Shown here: positions 18,117 through 28,091 of the stretch, one piece after another | How the letters are laid out: each line of letters starts with the position of its first letter | Numbering within the stretch: position 1 is the first letter of the stretch | NCBI GenBank assembly: GCA_965205945.1 | Contig: CBDBIB010000003.1 | Location: forward strand, 128,001 to 192,000 | Source: Bdellovibrionales bacterium | GTDB taxonomy: Bacteria; Bdellovibrionota; Bdellovibrionia; Bdellovibrionales; UBA1609 | Direction of reading: 5' to 3' | Length of the DNA: 64,000 nucleotides | The notes under the pieces: generated by a model | The model's database searches: none | Seen by the model: the letters and a program-made list of their open reading frames with translations, nothing else | What the model was told of the DNA's origin: nothing | Made by a program: the position numbers and the translations under genes

Positions 18117-19520
18117 ATGAAAATGTGTGAGCTTTTTTCTTTTTTAGACCCTAGTTTTAATCAAGAGGTCTTAGATCTTACTGCAGATACGCGCAAAATT
18201 AAAAAAGGAAGTGTGTTTTTCCTGCTTCCTAGGGCAAATACTAAATTTATTGAGTACTTTAAAAAGTCAAAAAAAAGCTTAGCGTTTATCCACAGCTGCC
18301 AAGAGTATAAAGATAAAGGAGTTTTTGTAGACAATATTGAAGAATTATATTTCTCATCTTTAAAAGTTTTTTATAAAGAGTCTATTGAAAAATTAAAGGT
18401 TTATGGAATTACGGGTACAAATGGGAAAACAACAACGGCATTTATGTTTCATAGCTTTCTTAAGCTTTATGGTGTTCCTACTGGTTTATACGGAACTATC
18501 CATAATAGGTTTAAAGATAATGTTTTAAAAACAGGTTTAACATCTCCTGTAGCCGAAGATTTTTATAGATTTAATAATGAAAATTTTAAAAAAGGAATGA
18601 GGGCTGTTATCTGTGAAGTTTCCTCTCATGCATTAGATCAAAAAAGATTAAGCACTCAGTTTTTAGATGGAGCTTCTTTTTTAAGTTTCTCACAAGATCA
18701 TCTAGATTATCACAAAACAATGAAAAGGTATTTAGAGGCAAAAGTAAAAATAACGACACAAGCTTTAAAGAAAAATGGTTTTTTTATACTCTCTAAAGAG
18801 GTTAAAAAACTTAAAATTTGGCCAAAAGAATTTATAAAACTAGGAGAAAAGTACAATTTTAAAATTTTAAAAAGAAGCGCGCATGGAACAAGGTTTATAT
18901 TCTTAAAAGAAGGCAATGCGTTGGAGGGAGAGATTCCTCTTTTAGGGGATTATAATATTTCAAACTTTTCCATGGCTTTAGCAATGCTTTGTGAGCACTT
19001 TGGTAAAGATTTTTTTCCTGATGAAAGGGTTTTTAAGGATTTTGTTCAGATTCCAGGTAGAATGCAGCGATTAGATATTAGTAAAGATTCATCAGTATTT
19101 ATAGATTACTGTCACACACCAGACTCTCTTAGGGAAGCTCTTAAAACATTAAAACTTTTTTTAAAAGATAAAAAAATAATTTCTGTATTCGGTTGTGGCG
19201 GGGATAGAGATAGGGCTAAGCGCTCACTTATGGGTAATGTTTCAAAATGTTTAGCAGATGTATCAATCATTACAAGTGATAACCCTAGAGAAGAGGATCC
19301 AAAAGTAATTGTCAAGGATATTTTAAAAGGTATAAATGGCAAGGTATTTGTCGAACTTAAAAGAGAGCTTGCTATTCAAAAAGCTTTAAAGCTTGGAATA
19401 AAAGAGCCTTGTTATATACTTATTGCAGGCAAAGGACATGAGAGAACTCAGGAGATAAAAGGTGTAAAAAGACATTTTTCAGATGTTGAAGAAGTTTTAA
19501 AGTTTATTAAAAACAATTAA
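18117..19520 (+). CDS. murE: UDP-MurNAc-tripeptide synthetase
   Basis: GITGTNGKTT, EVSSHAL, DHLDYH, DYCHTPD, FGCGGDRD, DNPR (mDAP-type), AGKGHE. Confidence 0.95.
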   Translation: MKMCELFSFLDPSFNQEVLDLTADTRKIKKGSVFFLLPRANTKFIEYFKKSKKSLAFIHSCQEYKDKGVFVDNIEELYFSSLKVFYKESIEKLKVYGITGTNGKTTTAFMFHSFLKLYGVPTGLYGTIHNRFKDNVLKTGLTSPVAEDFYRFNNENFKKGMRAVICEVSSHALDQKRLSTQFLDGASFLSFSQDHLDYHKTMKRYLEAKVKITTQALKKNGFFILSKEVKKLKIWPKEFIKLGEKYNFKILKRSAHGTRFIFLKEGNALEGEIPLLGDYNISNFSMALAMLCEHFGKDFFPDERVFKDFVQIPGRMQRLDISKDSSVFIDYCHTPDSLREALKTLKLFLKDKKIISVFGCGGDRDRAKRSLMGNVSKCLADVSIITSDNPREEDPKVIVKDILKGINGKVFVELKRELAIQKALKLGIKEPCYILIAGKGHERTQEIKGVKRHFSDVEEVLKFIKNN

Positions 19521-19536
19521 AAGTAAAGAGAGCTTA

Positions 19537-20889
19537 GTGAAAGTAAAATTTTTTGAAAATTTTTTTGGAATTAGTTTTAATTTAGTTATTAAAGAGTTTA
19601 GTCAGATTTCAACTGACACAAGAAGTCTTAAAAAAGGGGCTTTGTTTGTTGCGCTAAAAGGTAAGAATTTTGATGGAAATAAATTTGTAAGAGAGGCTTT
19701 TAGTAAAGGTGCTGTAGCTGCACTAACCTCAGATAAAAGTATAAAGGAAAAGGTTGTTGTTGTTAAAGATAGCCTTAAAAGTTTTCAAAAACTTTCAAAA
19801 GCTTGGCAGGATGAAGTAGCACCTTTGGTTATTGGGATAACAGGGTCAAATGGGAAAACTACATCTAAATTCTTTACAGTACAGATACTAGAAAGCTTTT
19901 TTAAAATTTGCTATTCTCCAAAAAGTTTTAACAACAAGCTTGGTGTTCCTATTGCACAATCTTTGTTAAAAGAGGGGGATCATATTTTAATTGCAGAAAT
20001 TGGGACAAGTGCAAAAGGCGAGATTTTAGAACTCACAGACTTAATAAAGCCTCATATAGGTGTTGTAACAACAGTGGGGCCGTCTCATTTAAAAGGTTTT
20101 GGGACCGTGGATAAGGTGGCTTTAGAAAAAAGTGATATTTATAAATCTAATAGAATGAAAAAAGGAATTTTTAATTTAGATACTAAATGGACTAAAAAAA
20201 TGTTTGAAAATTTTAATGGAGAAAGAATTAGTTTTTCAACTCTAGATTCAAATGCAGATATTTACTTAAAAGCGCATCAAAAAGATATTGATGAGTTGAA
20301 TTTGTCAGGAAAAATCTTTGATGAAGAGGTTGAGTTTAAATGTAATATCTTTGGAAAACATAATGTTTATAATTTAATGACAGCATTAGCTATTGGTGTG
20401 GCTTTAGGTATTAAAGTAAAAAAACTTATTCAAAAGATACCAAATATAAAGACTCCATGGGGAAGGTCTCAAGTTTTAAAAAATTCTTATGGTGGTAAGG
20501 TTTTATTTGATGGGTACAACTCAAACCCTCAAAGTATGGAGGCTTTATTTGATGGTGCTATAGATATTATAAAATCAGGAACGAGTGTGCACTTTATTCT
20601 TGGTGAGATGTTAGAGCTTGGAAAAGCTACACATCAAATGCATAAAGAGCTTGGAAAGAGAGTGGGGGAGTTAAAACCAAGTTCAATTTCATTTATAGGA
20701 GCATCGTTTAAGCAGTTTGAGGAGGGACTTAAGAATTCTAATTTTAATAATAACTTAATAATATCAAGTACTTACTCTGATTCCCTTGCAATTGCTATAC
20801 AAACTATGTTAGACCCTAGGCAGACAATTATTGTTAAAGGCTCTAGAGGTATGAAGCTTGAACGTTTTTTTAATATTCTTGGGCTTTAG
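19537..20889 (+). CDS. murF: UDP-MurNAc-tripeptide D-Ala-D-Ala ligase
   Basis: GITGSNGKTT, SFNN.LGVP, DGYNSNP, LGEMLELG, VKGSRGMKLE. Confidence 0.95.
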   Translation: MKVKFFENFFGISFNLVIKEFSQISTDTRSLKKGALFVALKGKNFDGNKFVREAFSKGAVAALTSDKSIKEKVVVVKDSLKSFQKLSKAWQDEVAPLVIGITGSNGKTTSKFFTVQILESFFKICYSPKSFNNKLGVPIAQSLLKEGDHILIAEIGTSAKGEILELTDLIKPHIGVVTTVGPSHLKGFGTVDKVALEKSDIYKSNRMKKGIFNLDTKWTKKMFENFNGERISFSTLDSNADIYLKAHQKDIDELNLSGKIFDEEVEFKCNIFGKHNVYNLMTALAIGVALGIKVKKLIQKIPNIKTPWGRSQVLKNSYGGKVLFDGYNSNPQSMEALFDGAIDIIKSGTSVHFILGEMLELGKATHQMHKELGKRVGELKPSSISFIGASFKQFEEGLKNSNFNNNLIISSTYSDSLAIAIQTMLDPRQTIIVKGSRGMKLERFFNILGL

Positions 20890-20938
20890 GCTTTGTTAAA
20901 CAGTTTCTGGCTTATTATCTTATATTTGGGAGAATTTA

Positions 20939-22015
20939 GTGCTTTATAAATTTTTAGTTGAATGTTTATCTGATTTTCCAGGGTTTAATGTTTTTAGATA
21001 TGTTTCTTTTCGAACGTTTGTAACGTTTTTTTCCTCTTTTTTAATTTGTTGGTTTTGGGGCCCTGCTTTTATTAGAGGACTGATTAAAAATCAAACTGGT
21101 CAAACCATTAGAGAAGATGGGCCACAATCGCATTTAAAAAAGAATGGAACACCGACAATGGGTGGAAAATTAATCTTAGCAGGTGTTTTTACTCCCGCTA
21201 TTTTTTGGATGGACCTTATTAATCCTTTAGTTCAAGTTGCACTAGTGATCACACTTTTCTTTGGCTTAGTTGGTTTTTTTGATGATCATTTAAAAGTAGT
21301 TAGAAAGAATCCTAGAGGTCTTCCTGGAAAATTAAGGCTTTTAATTGAATTTACAGTAGTAGGTTTTGCGGTTTTATACTTATTTTCTACAGGAGCTGTA
21401 GATGGAATTTTGTATTTTCCATTTTTTAAAAATTTAAGTTTAAATTTAGGATGGTTTTATATTCCATTTGCATGTTTTGTCGTTGTAGGTACAGCTAATG
21501 CTGTGAATTTAACAGATGGTCTTGATGGTCTGGCAATCGTTCCAGTAATGGTTTCAGCATGTGCTTTTATGATTTTTTCATATGCAGCAGGGCATGTGAC
21601 AATAGCAGAGTACTTAATGATTCCAGCGGTTCCAGGAGCTAGTGAGCTTGTTCCTGTGTGTGCGGCAGTAGTTGCCTCTGGAATGGCTTTTTTATGGTTT
21701 AACTCATACCCAGCTCAAGTATTCATGGGGGATGTAGGAAGTTTAAGTCTTGGAGGCTTTTTAGGTGCCATGGCAGTTTTAACAAAAAATGAAATTTTAA
21801 TGATTTTATTAGGTGGAGTTTTTGTAGTAGAGGCGTTGTCTGTTATTACGCAAGTAGCTTCATTTAAACTTACAGGAAAAAAAATCTTTAAAATGACTCC
21901 AATTCATCATCACTTTGAGCTAAAAGGGCATGAAGAATCAAAGATTATAGTAAGATTTTGGATTATATCCATTTTATTAGCAATTTTAAGCATAGCAACA
22001 TTAAAATTAAGGTAG
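20939..22015 (+). CDS. mraY: Phospho-MurNAc-pentapeptide transferase
   Basis: [33 protein letters not shown]. Confidence 0.97.
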   Translation: MLYKFLVECLSDFPGFNVFRYVSFRTFVTFFSSFLICWFWGPAFIRGLIKNQTGQTIREDGPQSHLKKNGTPTMGGKLILAGVFTPAIFWMDLINPLVQVALVITLFFGLVGFFDDHLKVVRKNPRGLPGKLRLLIEFTVVGFAVLYLFSTGAVDGILYFPFFKNLSLNLGWFYIPFACFVVVGTANAVNLTDGLDGLAIVPVMVSACAFMIFSYAAGHVTIAEYLMIPAVPGASELVPVCAAVVASGMAFLWFNSYPAQVFMGDVGSLSLGGFLGAMAVLTKNEILMILLGGVFVVEALSVITQVASFKLTGKKIFKMTPIHHHFELKGHEESKIIVRFWIISILLAILSIATLKLR

Positions 22016-22034
22016 AGACTTGAGGTATTAGGAA

Positions 22035-23426
22035 ATGATTATTGAAAGAGTACAAGATTTAAAAGATAAAAAGATACTTATTGTAGGCTTAGGTATGACT
22101 GGGGTTGCAGCATCTAAGTTTTTAGTTTCTAAGGGAGCAAAGGTTGTTGTTAGTGACCATAAATCAAAGGCTGAGCTTGCAAATTATTTAGAGATTATGG
22201 TTGATATAAATGTAGAGTATGATCTTGGTGGACATTCACCAAAGTTGTTTTTAGAGCAAGATATTATCATGTTAAGCCCAGGGATTTCATCACAATTAAA
22301 AATTTTTGAATATGCTAGACAAAATGGAGTTCATGTTACGGGTGAATTTGAATTTATGACTCAGTTTATTACAAAACCAATTATTGCTTTAACAGGAACA
22401 AATGGAAAAACTACAACTATTTCTTTAATTGTTGAGATGTTAAAAGAATCAGGTAAGAAAGTTTGGGTAGGAGGGAATTACGGAAAGCCTGTTAGTGAAC
22501 TTCTTATGAAAGAGGAAGAAGCTGATATTGTAGTTTTAGAAGTTTCAAGTTTTATGCTTGAGCATGTTGTAAACTTTAATCCACAAAATATTGTTTTTAT
22601 GAATTTAGCTGAAAACCATTTAGATCGCCATAAAACAATGGAGGAGTATGTTTATGCAAAAAGAAAGATATTCCTTAACACAAATCAGACTACAACAAGC
22701 ATTTTAAATGCTGATGACAATGCTGTTGTTGAGCTTGCAAGAGATCCAGCTGTTCAACGTGGCAGAATATTTTATTTTTCAAGAAAGCTCTCATTAGAGC
22801 CACAGATTATGAATATAGGTGGCGCTATTAATATTCATGATGAAATCAAAGTAAGAACAGGTCCAGACATTGAAGTGTTTTCTGTAGCTAAAATTAAAAT
22901 GAAGGGGCAACACTCAATTGAAAATATTATGGCAGCAATTTTAGCTGTACGTGAACAAAATGGAACACATAAGGCTATTCAAAAGGTTATTGATACTTAT
23001 ACAGGACTACAACATAGAATTGAATATGTTCGTCGTGTAGGTGGGGTTTCATTTTACAATGACTCTAAAGCAACAAATGTTCATGCTGTTATTAGAGCTT
23101 TAAAATCTTTTGATGAAAATGTAATCTTAATTATGGGTGGTAAAGACACAGCCTTAAACTATATGCCTTTAAGAGATGAAATTAGAAAAAAAGTTAAAAC
23201 GTTAATTTTAGTTGGTGAAGCTAAAGAACGTATTAATAGGGATGTTGGAGATTATTCTGAAACTTTCTTAATAGGTACATTTGATGAAGCTGTTTATTTA
23301 GCATATTCAAAAAGTAGAATAGAAGATACTGTACTATTATCACCAGGTGCATCTAGCTTTGATATTTTTGATGATTACCGTGAAAGAGGGGAGCATTATA
23401 AAAATTTGGTAATGTTGTTTAAGTAG
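22035..23426 (+). CDS. murD: UDP-MurNAc-L-Ala-D-Glu ligase
   Basis: TGTNGKTT, LEVSSF, HLDRH, NDSKATN, LLSPGASSFD. Confidence 0.97.
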   Translation: MIIERVQDLKDKKILIVGLGMTGVAASKFLVSKGAKVVVSDHKSKAELANYLEIMVDINVEYDLGGHSPKLFLEQDIIMLSPGISSQLKIFEYARQNGVHVTGEFEFMTQFITKPIIALTGTNGKTTTISLIVEMLKESGKKVWVGGNYGKPVSELLMKEEEADIVVLEVSSFMLEHVVNFNPQNIVFMNLAENHLDRHKTMEEYVYAKRKIFLNTNQTTTSILNADDNAVVELARDPAVQRGRIFYFSRKLSLEPQIMNIGGAINIHDEIKVRTGPDIEVFSVAKIKMKGQHSIENIMAAILAVREQNGTHKAIQKVIDTYTGLQHRIEYVRRVGGVSFYNDSKATNVHAVIRALKSFDENVILIMGGKDTALNYMPLRDEIRKKVKTLILVGEAKERINRDVGDYSETFLIGTFDEAVYLAYSKSRIEDTVLLSPGASSFDIFDDYRERGEHYKNLVMLFK

Positions 23427-23437
23427 GGTTTATATTG

Positions 23438-23468
23438 ATTAAGTGATTTTTTTTAAAAATCACTTAAT
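23438..23468. terminator. 14-bp inverted repeat after murD
   Basis: ATTAAGTGATTTTT-ttt-AAAAATCACTTAAT, 11 nt after the murD stop. Confidence 0.65.
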
Positions 23469-23647
23469 TCTTATTGAAAACTTTATGAAAACTAAATTCA
23501 TAGTAAATGATTTTTAGATGAACCTTAAAAAAAACCATCCTCACTTTAAATACAAATGAAAGAAGAAAAAAGAGTTTTATATTAAATCAAGCTTGTTTTT
23601 ATTTAATATGCGGCTTAATAAATTTAAATTTGTAGGAGGTAAATAAA

Positions 23648-24838
23648 ATGAAAAACCTGATATTAATACTGGTTTTATTATTTGCAAATCAAGTCTTAGC
23701 ATTAACAATAAAAAATCTTAAAAAACAATTAGATGTTATGGCTGAGGAATTTCAAAATTTAAAATTTGAAAATAAAGAAGATGAAAAAGAACTTAGTATT
23801 CAGAATAGAATTAGAGGAAATAAAACTACACAGGGCGGGTATGGAGAATTTATTTATACAGATGCAGAAAGTAAGCTTGAAGATGGAAGTGTAAATTCTA
23901 AAAAAAATCCTATATGGGATGCTCAAAGATTTATTTTATATATAGGCTATGATTTTTCATCTAAATGGAAGCTTTTTAGTGAAATTGAGATTGAGCATGC
24001 AAAAGAAATTTATCTAGAACAGGCATATCTTTCTTATCAACACTCAAAAAAAATTCAATTTAATATTGGTGTTTTATTAGTCCCAATCGGAATTACAAAC
24101 CTTTATCATGAGCCAACAACGTTCCTAGCTACACAAAGACCAACTGTTGAAAAAAAAATTATTCCAAGTACGTGGAGAGAGAATGGTGTTTCTTTAACGG
24201 GACAATATAAAAATTTAAGATATCAGTTTGCGGTATTTAATTCACTTGTTTCTAATGGTTTTTCAAGTGATGGTGTAAGAGAAGGTCGTCAAAAAGCAAG
24301 CCAAACTGATTCAAGTGGGCTGTCTTTTGTACAACAAACGGATTATTTATTAGATAATTACGGGTTTATAGGGTTTTCTGTATATCATGGTGATGTGAGT
24401 GATATAGATTTAAATGTGGATCAAACAATTTGGGATTTACATGCTAATTTAAAACATAAAGGCTTTCAAATGAGGGTCTTATATACAGAACTTTTTTTAA
24501 CTAATGTTGATGATTTAAACGCTAAGTTAAACAATATAAGATTAAATTCTGTGGCTAAGAAAATGTCAGGCTACTTTGTGGAGTTAGGATATAATGTGTT
24601 TAAAGGGTTTAGAGAAGATGAGTTGATTCCTTTTATAAGGTATGAATCTTTAGATACGCAAAAAAGTTTGAGTCAAGGGTTTGTTAAAGATCTTTTAAAA
24701 GATCAAGAAAATATTACAATTGGCTTAAATTACAAACCTTTAACAGGTTTGGTTTTTAAGGCAGACTATACAGTTGGTAAAAACAAAGCTAAAAAAGGTT
24801 ATAATACTTGGAACTTTGGAGCGGGATGGAACTTTTAA
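23648..24838 (+). CDS. Outer-membrane beta-barrel porin (OprO/P-like)
   Basis: Signal peptide, short coiled coil, GGYGE, RFILYIGYDF, EIEIEHA, EQAY, IIPSTWRENG, terminal aromatic (GWNF). Confidence 0.75.
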   Translation: MKNLILILVLLFANQVLALTIKNLKKQLDVMAEEFQNLKFENKEDEKELSIQNRIRGNKTTQGGYGEFIYTDAESKLEDGSVNSKKNPIWDAQRFILYIGYDFSSKWKLFSEIEIEHAKEIYLEQAYLSYQHSKKIQFNIGVLLVPIGITNLYHEPTTFLATQRPTVEKKIIPSTWRENGVSLTGQYKNLRYQFAVFNSLVSNGFSSDGVREGRQKASQTDSSGLSFVQQTDYLLDNYGFIGFSVYHGDVSDIDLNVDQTIWDLHANLKHKGFQMRVLYTELFLTNVDDLNAKLNNIRLNSVAKKMSGYFVELGYNVFKGFREDELIPFIRYESLDTQKSLSQGFVKDLLKDQENITIGLNYKPLTGLVFKADYTVGKNKAKKGYNTWNFGAGWNF

Positions 24839-25305
24839 TAAGTTTAATATTATTAACAACAAATGTAATAGCTGATGATAAAATCAGAAAACATGCTTTT
24901 TTTAATACTTTTCAAACTTGTGCAATAAATAAAAATATACTGTATTTATCTAAAAAACAAAAAAAAGACATTATTAAAAGAAATAACTTTCGTTCGGTGC
25001 CAGGCGTATTTAAAATGTATAATGTTTTATGCAAAGGAGTGAAATTAAAGGTTTTTTTATTATCAGATTTAGTTAGAACTCATTATCAAAAAGTTTTTAT
25101 TAGCGTAAAAAACTCTAAAATTGACAGTATTAAAATAGTTCAGTTTGCAGAACCTAAAAAATATAGCCCCCCAAAGGGTTTTATTAATAAATTCATAGGA
25201 AAATCAGATTTTTTAAATATAGATGGTTTGACTGGAGCAACACTGACAAGATCTTCTCTTTTAAGAATTTCAAAACTTGCTATAGAATTAGATAAAATAA
25301 AATGA
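24826..25305 (+). CDS. Exported FMN-binding domain protein
   Basis: IDGLTGATLT flavinylation-type motif, EP..Y.P motif, signal peptide from ATG 24826. Confidence 0.75.
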   Translation: MELLISLILLTTNVIADDKIRKHAFFNTFQTCAINKNILYLSKKQKKDIIKRNNFRSVPGVFKMYNVLCKGVKLKVFLLSDLVRTHYQKVFISVKNSKIDSIKIVQFAEPKKYSPPKGFINKFIGKSDFLNIDGLTGATLTRSSLLRISKLAIELDKIK

Positions 25306-25715
25306 CTAAGAATGAAAAATTTTTTTTGTATTTGGGGCTTTGCCTTTGTTTTTTAACAGGAATGGGAATGTTGGTACTTAAAAGTTTTTTTCAAGTTGCA
25401 GATGAATTTGGTCAGCAAGAGCATTGGCTTATGAGTGATTTTAAAATGCTCCATTATATATTTTCACCATTGCTGATAGTTTCATTTGGAGTCTTGTGGC
25501 AAGGTCATATTTTAAAAGGGATAAGGAATAAAAAACGAAGAAAAAGACTATCAGGTTTTTTCATACTCCTTGCCATGATTGTGCTTGTATTAACAGGGCA
25601 AATGATGCTTTCCTTAGTAAGTCAGGATGTTAGTTATTGGGTTGGGTGGATTCACTTGGTCACAGGGGTACTGATTTTTGCGGGCATCTTAAAACATGCC
25701 TTTAAAAAATATTAG
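25302..25715 (+). CDS. 4-TM membrane protein with several His (cytochrome b / DUF4405-like)
   Basis: Four hydrophobic helices with MLHY, QGHI, WIHL, KH histidines; overlaps the FMN-binding gene. Confidence 0.6.
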   Translation: MTKNEKFFLYLGLCLCFLTGMGMLVLKSFFQVADEFGQQEHWLMSDFKMLHYIFSPLLIVSFGVLWQGHILKGIRNKKRRKRLSGFFILLAMIVLVLTGQMMLSLVSQDVSYWVGWIHLVTGVLIFAGILKHAFKKY

Positions 25716-26380
25716 CTTAAAAAATCTCCAAGTTTATTTAATATGTCTATAGGGATTTCATGTTTACCCTGAAACCAGTTTTCATCTATAATAAGGCCTT
25801 TTTGAGTGAGTTTTTCAGATAAATCTTTGCCGCACTTAAAAGGAAGTACAGGGTCTTGCTTACCGTGACTTATAAATACTTTTTTAGGGCTATTTGAGTG
25901 TTCCCAATGGTTATTGCCAAGAGGAGCACCTGACAGAGCGATGAGCCCTGTATAATTATCTACATTAGACATAAAAATATTTGAAGCCATCATGGCTCCC
26001 TGGCTGAATCCTCCAACATAAATAGAATTTTTTAGATTAAGGCTCCAAATGGTGTCTTTAATAGCTTGAAGGCTTTTCCTATAATCTTTGCTATCTATTG
26101 AGTAAAATTTTTCTAACGTTTCAGCATTCATATTAGGGTTAAAGCTTAAAAGAGTGGGGTTAAACCAAGCTTTTCCTCCAAATATAGCAAGCTCTGGGGG
26201 GCTAAGAGGGGCTTCAATAAAATACCAGTTTAAATTAAGTTTTGAAATTTTAGGGACTTTACAGAGTCCTATAAGATCTTTTGCATTTGCACCATAACCA
26301 TGAAGCATGATAATGGAAGGGTTGTTTGGGCTATTTTTAATTTTATAGGTTGTAAGTTTGGTATTCATAACCTTGTCCAT
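25712..26380 (-). CDS. Alpha/beta hydrolase (phospholipase/carboxylesterase)
   Basis: LHGYGAN, GGFSQGA, HGKQDPVLP, GKHEI. Confidence 0.9.
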   Translation of the reverse strand: MDKVMNTKLTTYKIKNSPNNPSIIMLHGYGANAKDLIGLCKVPKISKLNLNWYFIEAPLSPPELAIFGGKAWFNPTLLSFNPNMNAETLEKFYSIDSKDYRKSLQAIKDTIWSLNLKNSIYVGGFSQGAMMASNIFMSNVDNYTGLIALSGAPLGNNHWEHSNSPKKVFISHGKQDPVLPFKCGKDLSEKLTQKGLIIDENWFQGKHEIPIDILNKLGDFLS

Positions 26381-27264
26381 TTTGAAGATGCTTTTTGGAT
26401 TCTATTTTTTAAACCAATCCAACTCTTGTCTACCCAATTAGGGTTAAAGTAAATGATAATATATTTTGCTTTACCATCACATTGTCTAAGATCATCATAA
26501 AAATTATGTGAGGATTTTTTTGCAGATTTATTTAAAAAAAGTTGAATTGAATCATTTTCTTTACTAAATTTGTTAAGAGATTTTTGAGAAGAAAAAACAT
26601 AAACAGGAGTGTCAGGTTGGTAGTGGTTTGATTCAGATCCTGGCATATGACTTTGTTCTTTATAAGAAATTTTTAAACCTAAAGCTTTCTCAATATCAGT
26701 GTTGGTAATCTGTCCAGGTCTTAAGATGGTTAGTGTATCCACGTCTAAGATTGCTGACTCTATTCCAATATCACAGCGGCCACCATCTAAAACATCAACT
26801 TGTGGAAGTGTTTTTAAGACATGTTGAGCGCTGGTAGGACTTGTTTTTTTAAATATGTTTGCGCTTGGTGCCGCTAGGCAAGACCCCACTTCTTTAATGA
26901 CTTTTTGAAATAAATCTGATTGAGGAATGCGGACAGCTACTGATTCTAAACCTGATGTTATAAGATCAGAAACAAAGTAGTTATTTTTTTTACAAACAAG
27001 AGTTAAAGGACCTGGCCAAAAAGTATGAGCTAGTTTTTTAAAAACAGGACTTGGATTTTTAAGAAGCTTAAGGGCCATTCTAAGGTCACAAGCATGTACA
27101 ATGAGAGGATCGCTTAAAGGTCTTTTTTTTATTTTAAAAATCTTTTTAAGAGCATCGGGTTGATTAATAGGGGCAGCTAATCCATAAACAGTTTCTGTAG
27201 GCAGGGCCACAGGGGTTCCAGATTTTAAAAGTTGTATAGCTTTTTTTAGAGTAACAAGTCCCAT
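26365..27264 (-). CDS. tsaC: L-threonylcarbamoyladenylate synthase (Sua5/TsaC)
   Basis: PTETVYGLAA, KKRP..DPLIVH, FWPGPLT, AAPSAN, Sua5 linker (PG....HY.P). Confidence 0.93.
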   Translation of the reverse strand: MGLVTLKKAIQLLKSGTPVALPTETVYGLAAPINQPDALKKIFKIKKRPLSDPLIVHACDLRMALKLLKNPSPVFKKLAHTFWPGPLTLVCKKNNYFVSDLITSGLESVAVRIPQSDLFQKVIKEVGSCLAAPSANIFKKTSPTSAQHVLKTLPQVDVLDGGRCDIGIESAILDVDTLTILRPGQITNTDIEKALGLKISYKEQSHMPGSESNHYQPDTPVYVFSSQKSLNKFSKENDSIQLFLNKSAKKSSHNFYDDLRQCDGKAKYIIIYFNPNWVDKSWIGLKNRIQKASSKWTRL

Positions 27265-27319
27265 ATTATGTGCAATTAATCAGACTTGAATCTTGAAAGC
27301 AAGAGTTTATACTTTCTTT

Positions 27320-27805
27320 ATGAAGATACTATGTGTATGTTTAGGAAATATATGTAGAAGCCCAACTGCTCAAGGCGTTTTAAAACATATGCTTAAAGGT
27401 AAAGGGGAGTTTTTTATAGATTCTGCAGGAACATCAGGGTGGCATGAGGGCGATCCGCCAGATGGGCGCTCTACATATCATGCTAGTCTTAGGGGCTATA
27501 AGCTTGAAGGAGCCTCAAGGGTTATAGTTGAAAAAGATTTTGAAAAATTTGATGTGATTTTAGCAATGGATCAAAAAAATCAATTTGATCTTAACCAGAT
27601 GTGCTCTTCACCATTGTATAAAACTAAAATAAAATTAATTACAGATTATTGTAAATTTCATGAGCAAGATAAAGTGAGTTTAGGCGTTCCAGATCCGTAT
27701 TATAAAGGAGAAAAGGGTTTTGCAATGGTTTTAGACATTATAGAAGATGCGTGTGCTACTTTAGTTGATAAATGGACCTCTTTAAAAGGAAGAGAAATAG
27801 TATAA
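27320..27805 (+). CDS. Low-molecular-weight protein tyrosine phosphatase
   Basis: VCLGNICRSP, DSAGT, VPDPYY; ATG 27320 chosen over the upstream TTG. Confidence 0.93.
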   Translation: MKILCVCLGNICRSPTAQGVLKHMLKGKGEFFIDSAGTSGWHEGDPPDGRSTYHASLRGYKLEGASRVIVEKDFEKFDVILAMDQKNQFDLNQMCSSPLYKTKIKLITDYCKFHEQDKVSLGVPDPYYKGEKGFAMVLDIIEDACATLVDKWTSLKGREIV

Positions 27806-28091
27806 AAGTCTATTAAATATTTTAATTTTTACCTTTTATAAAACTTTAAAATCTAGAAAAAAAGTTTTATTCTTTGATGAAATAAAAACTTCGTGTCAGG
27901 TTACAGGAGCACTTTAAAGTTTAGCTGTGTTAAAACTAAAGGTAATGTTTTTTATTATTAGGCAGACGCTAGATTAAAGAAAAGTTTAAAAATCTTACAT
28001 AAAGTTGTAAATCTTAAGGGTTATTAATAATTTTAAATATTTTATTGATTAAGTTTTAGTAGCTTTTAAAGGGCTAAACGTACTTTTGAAT

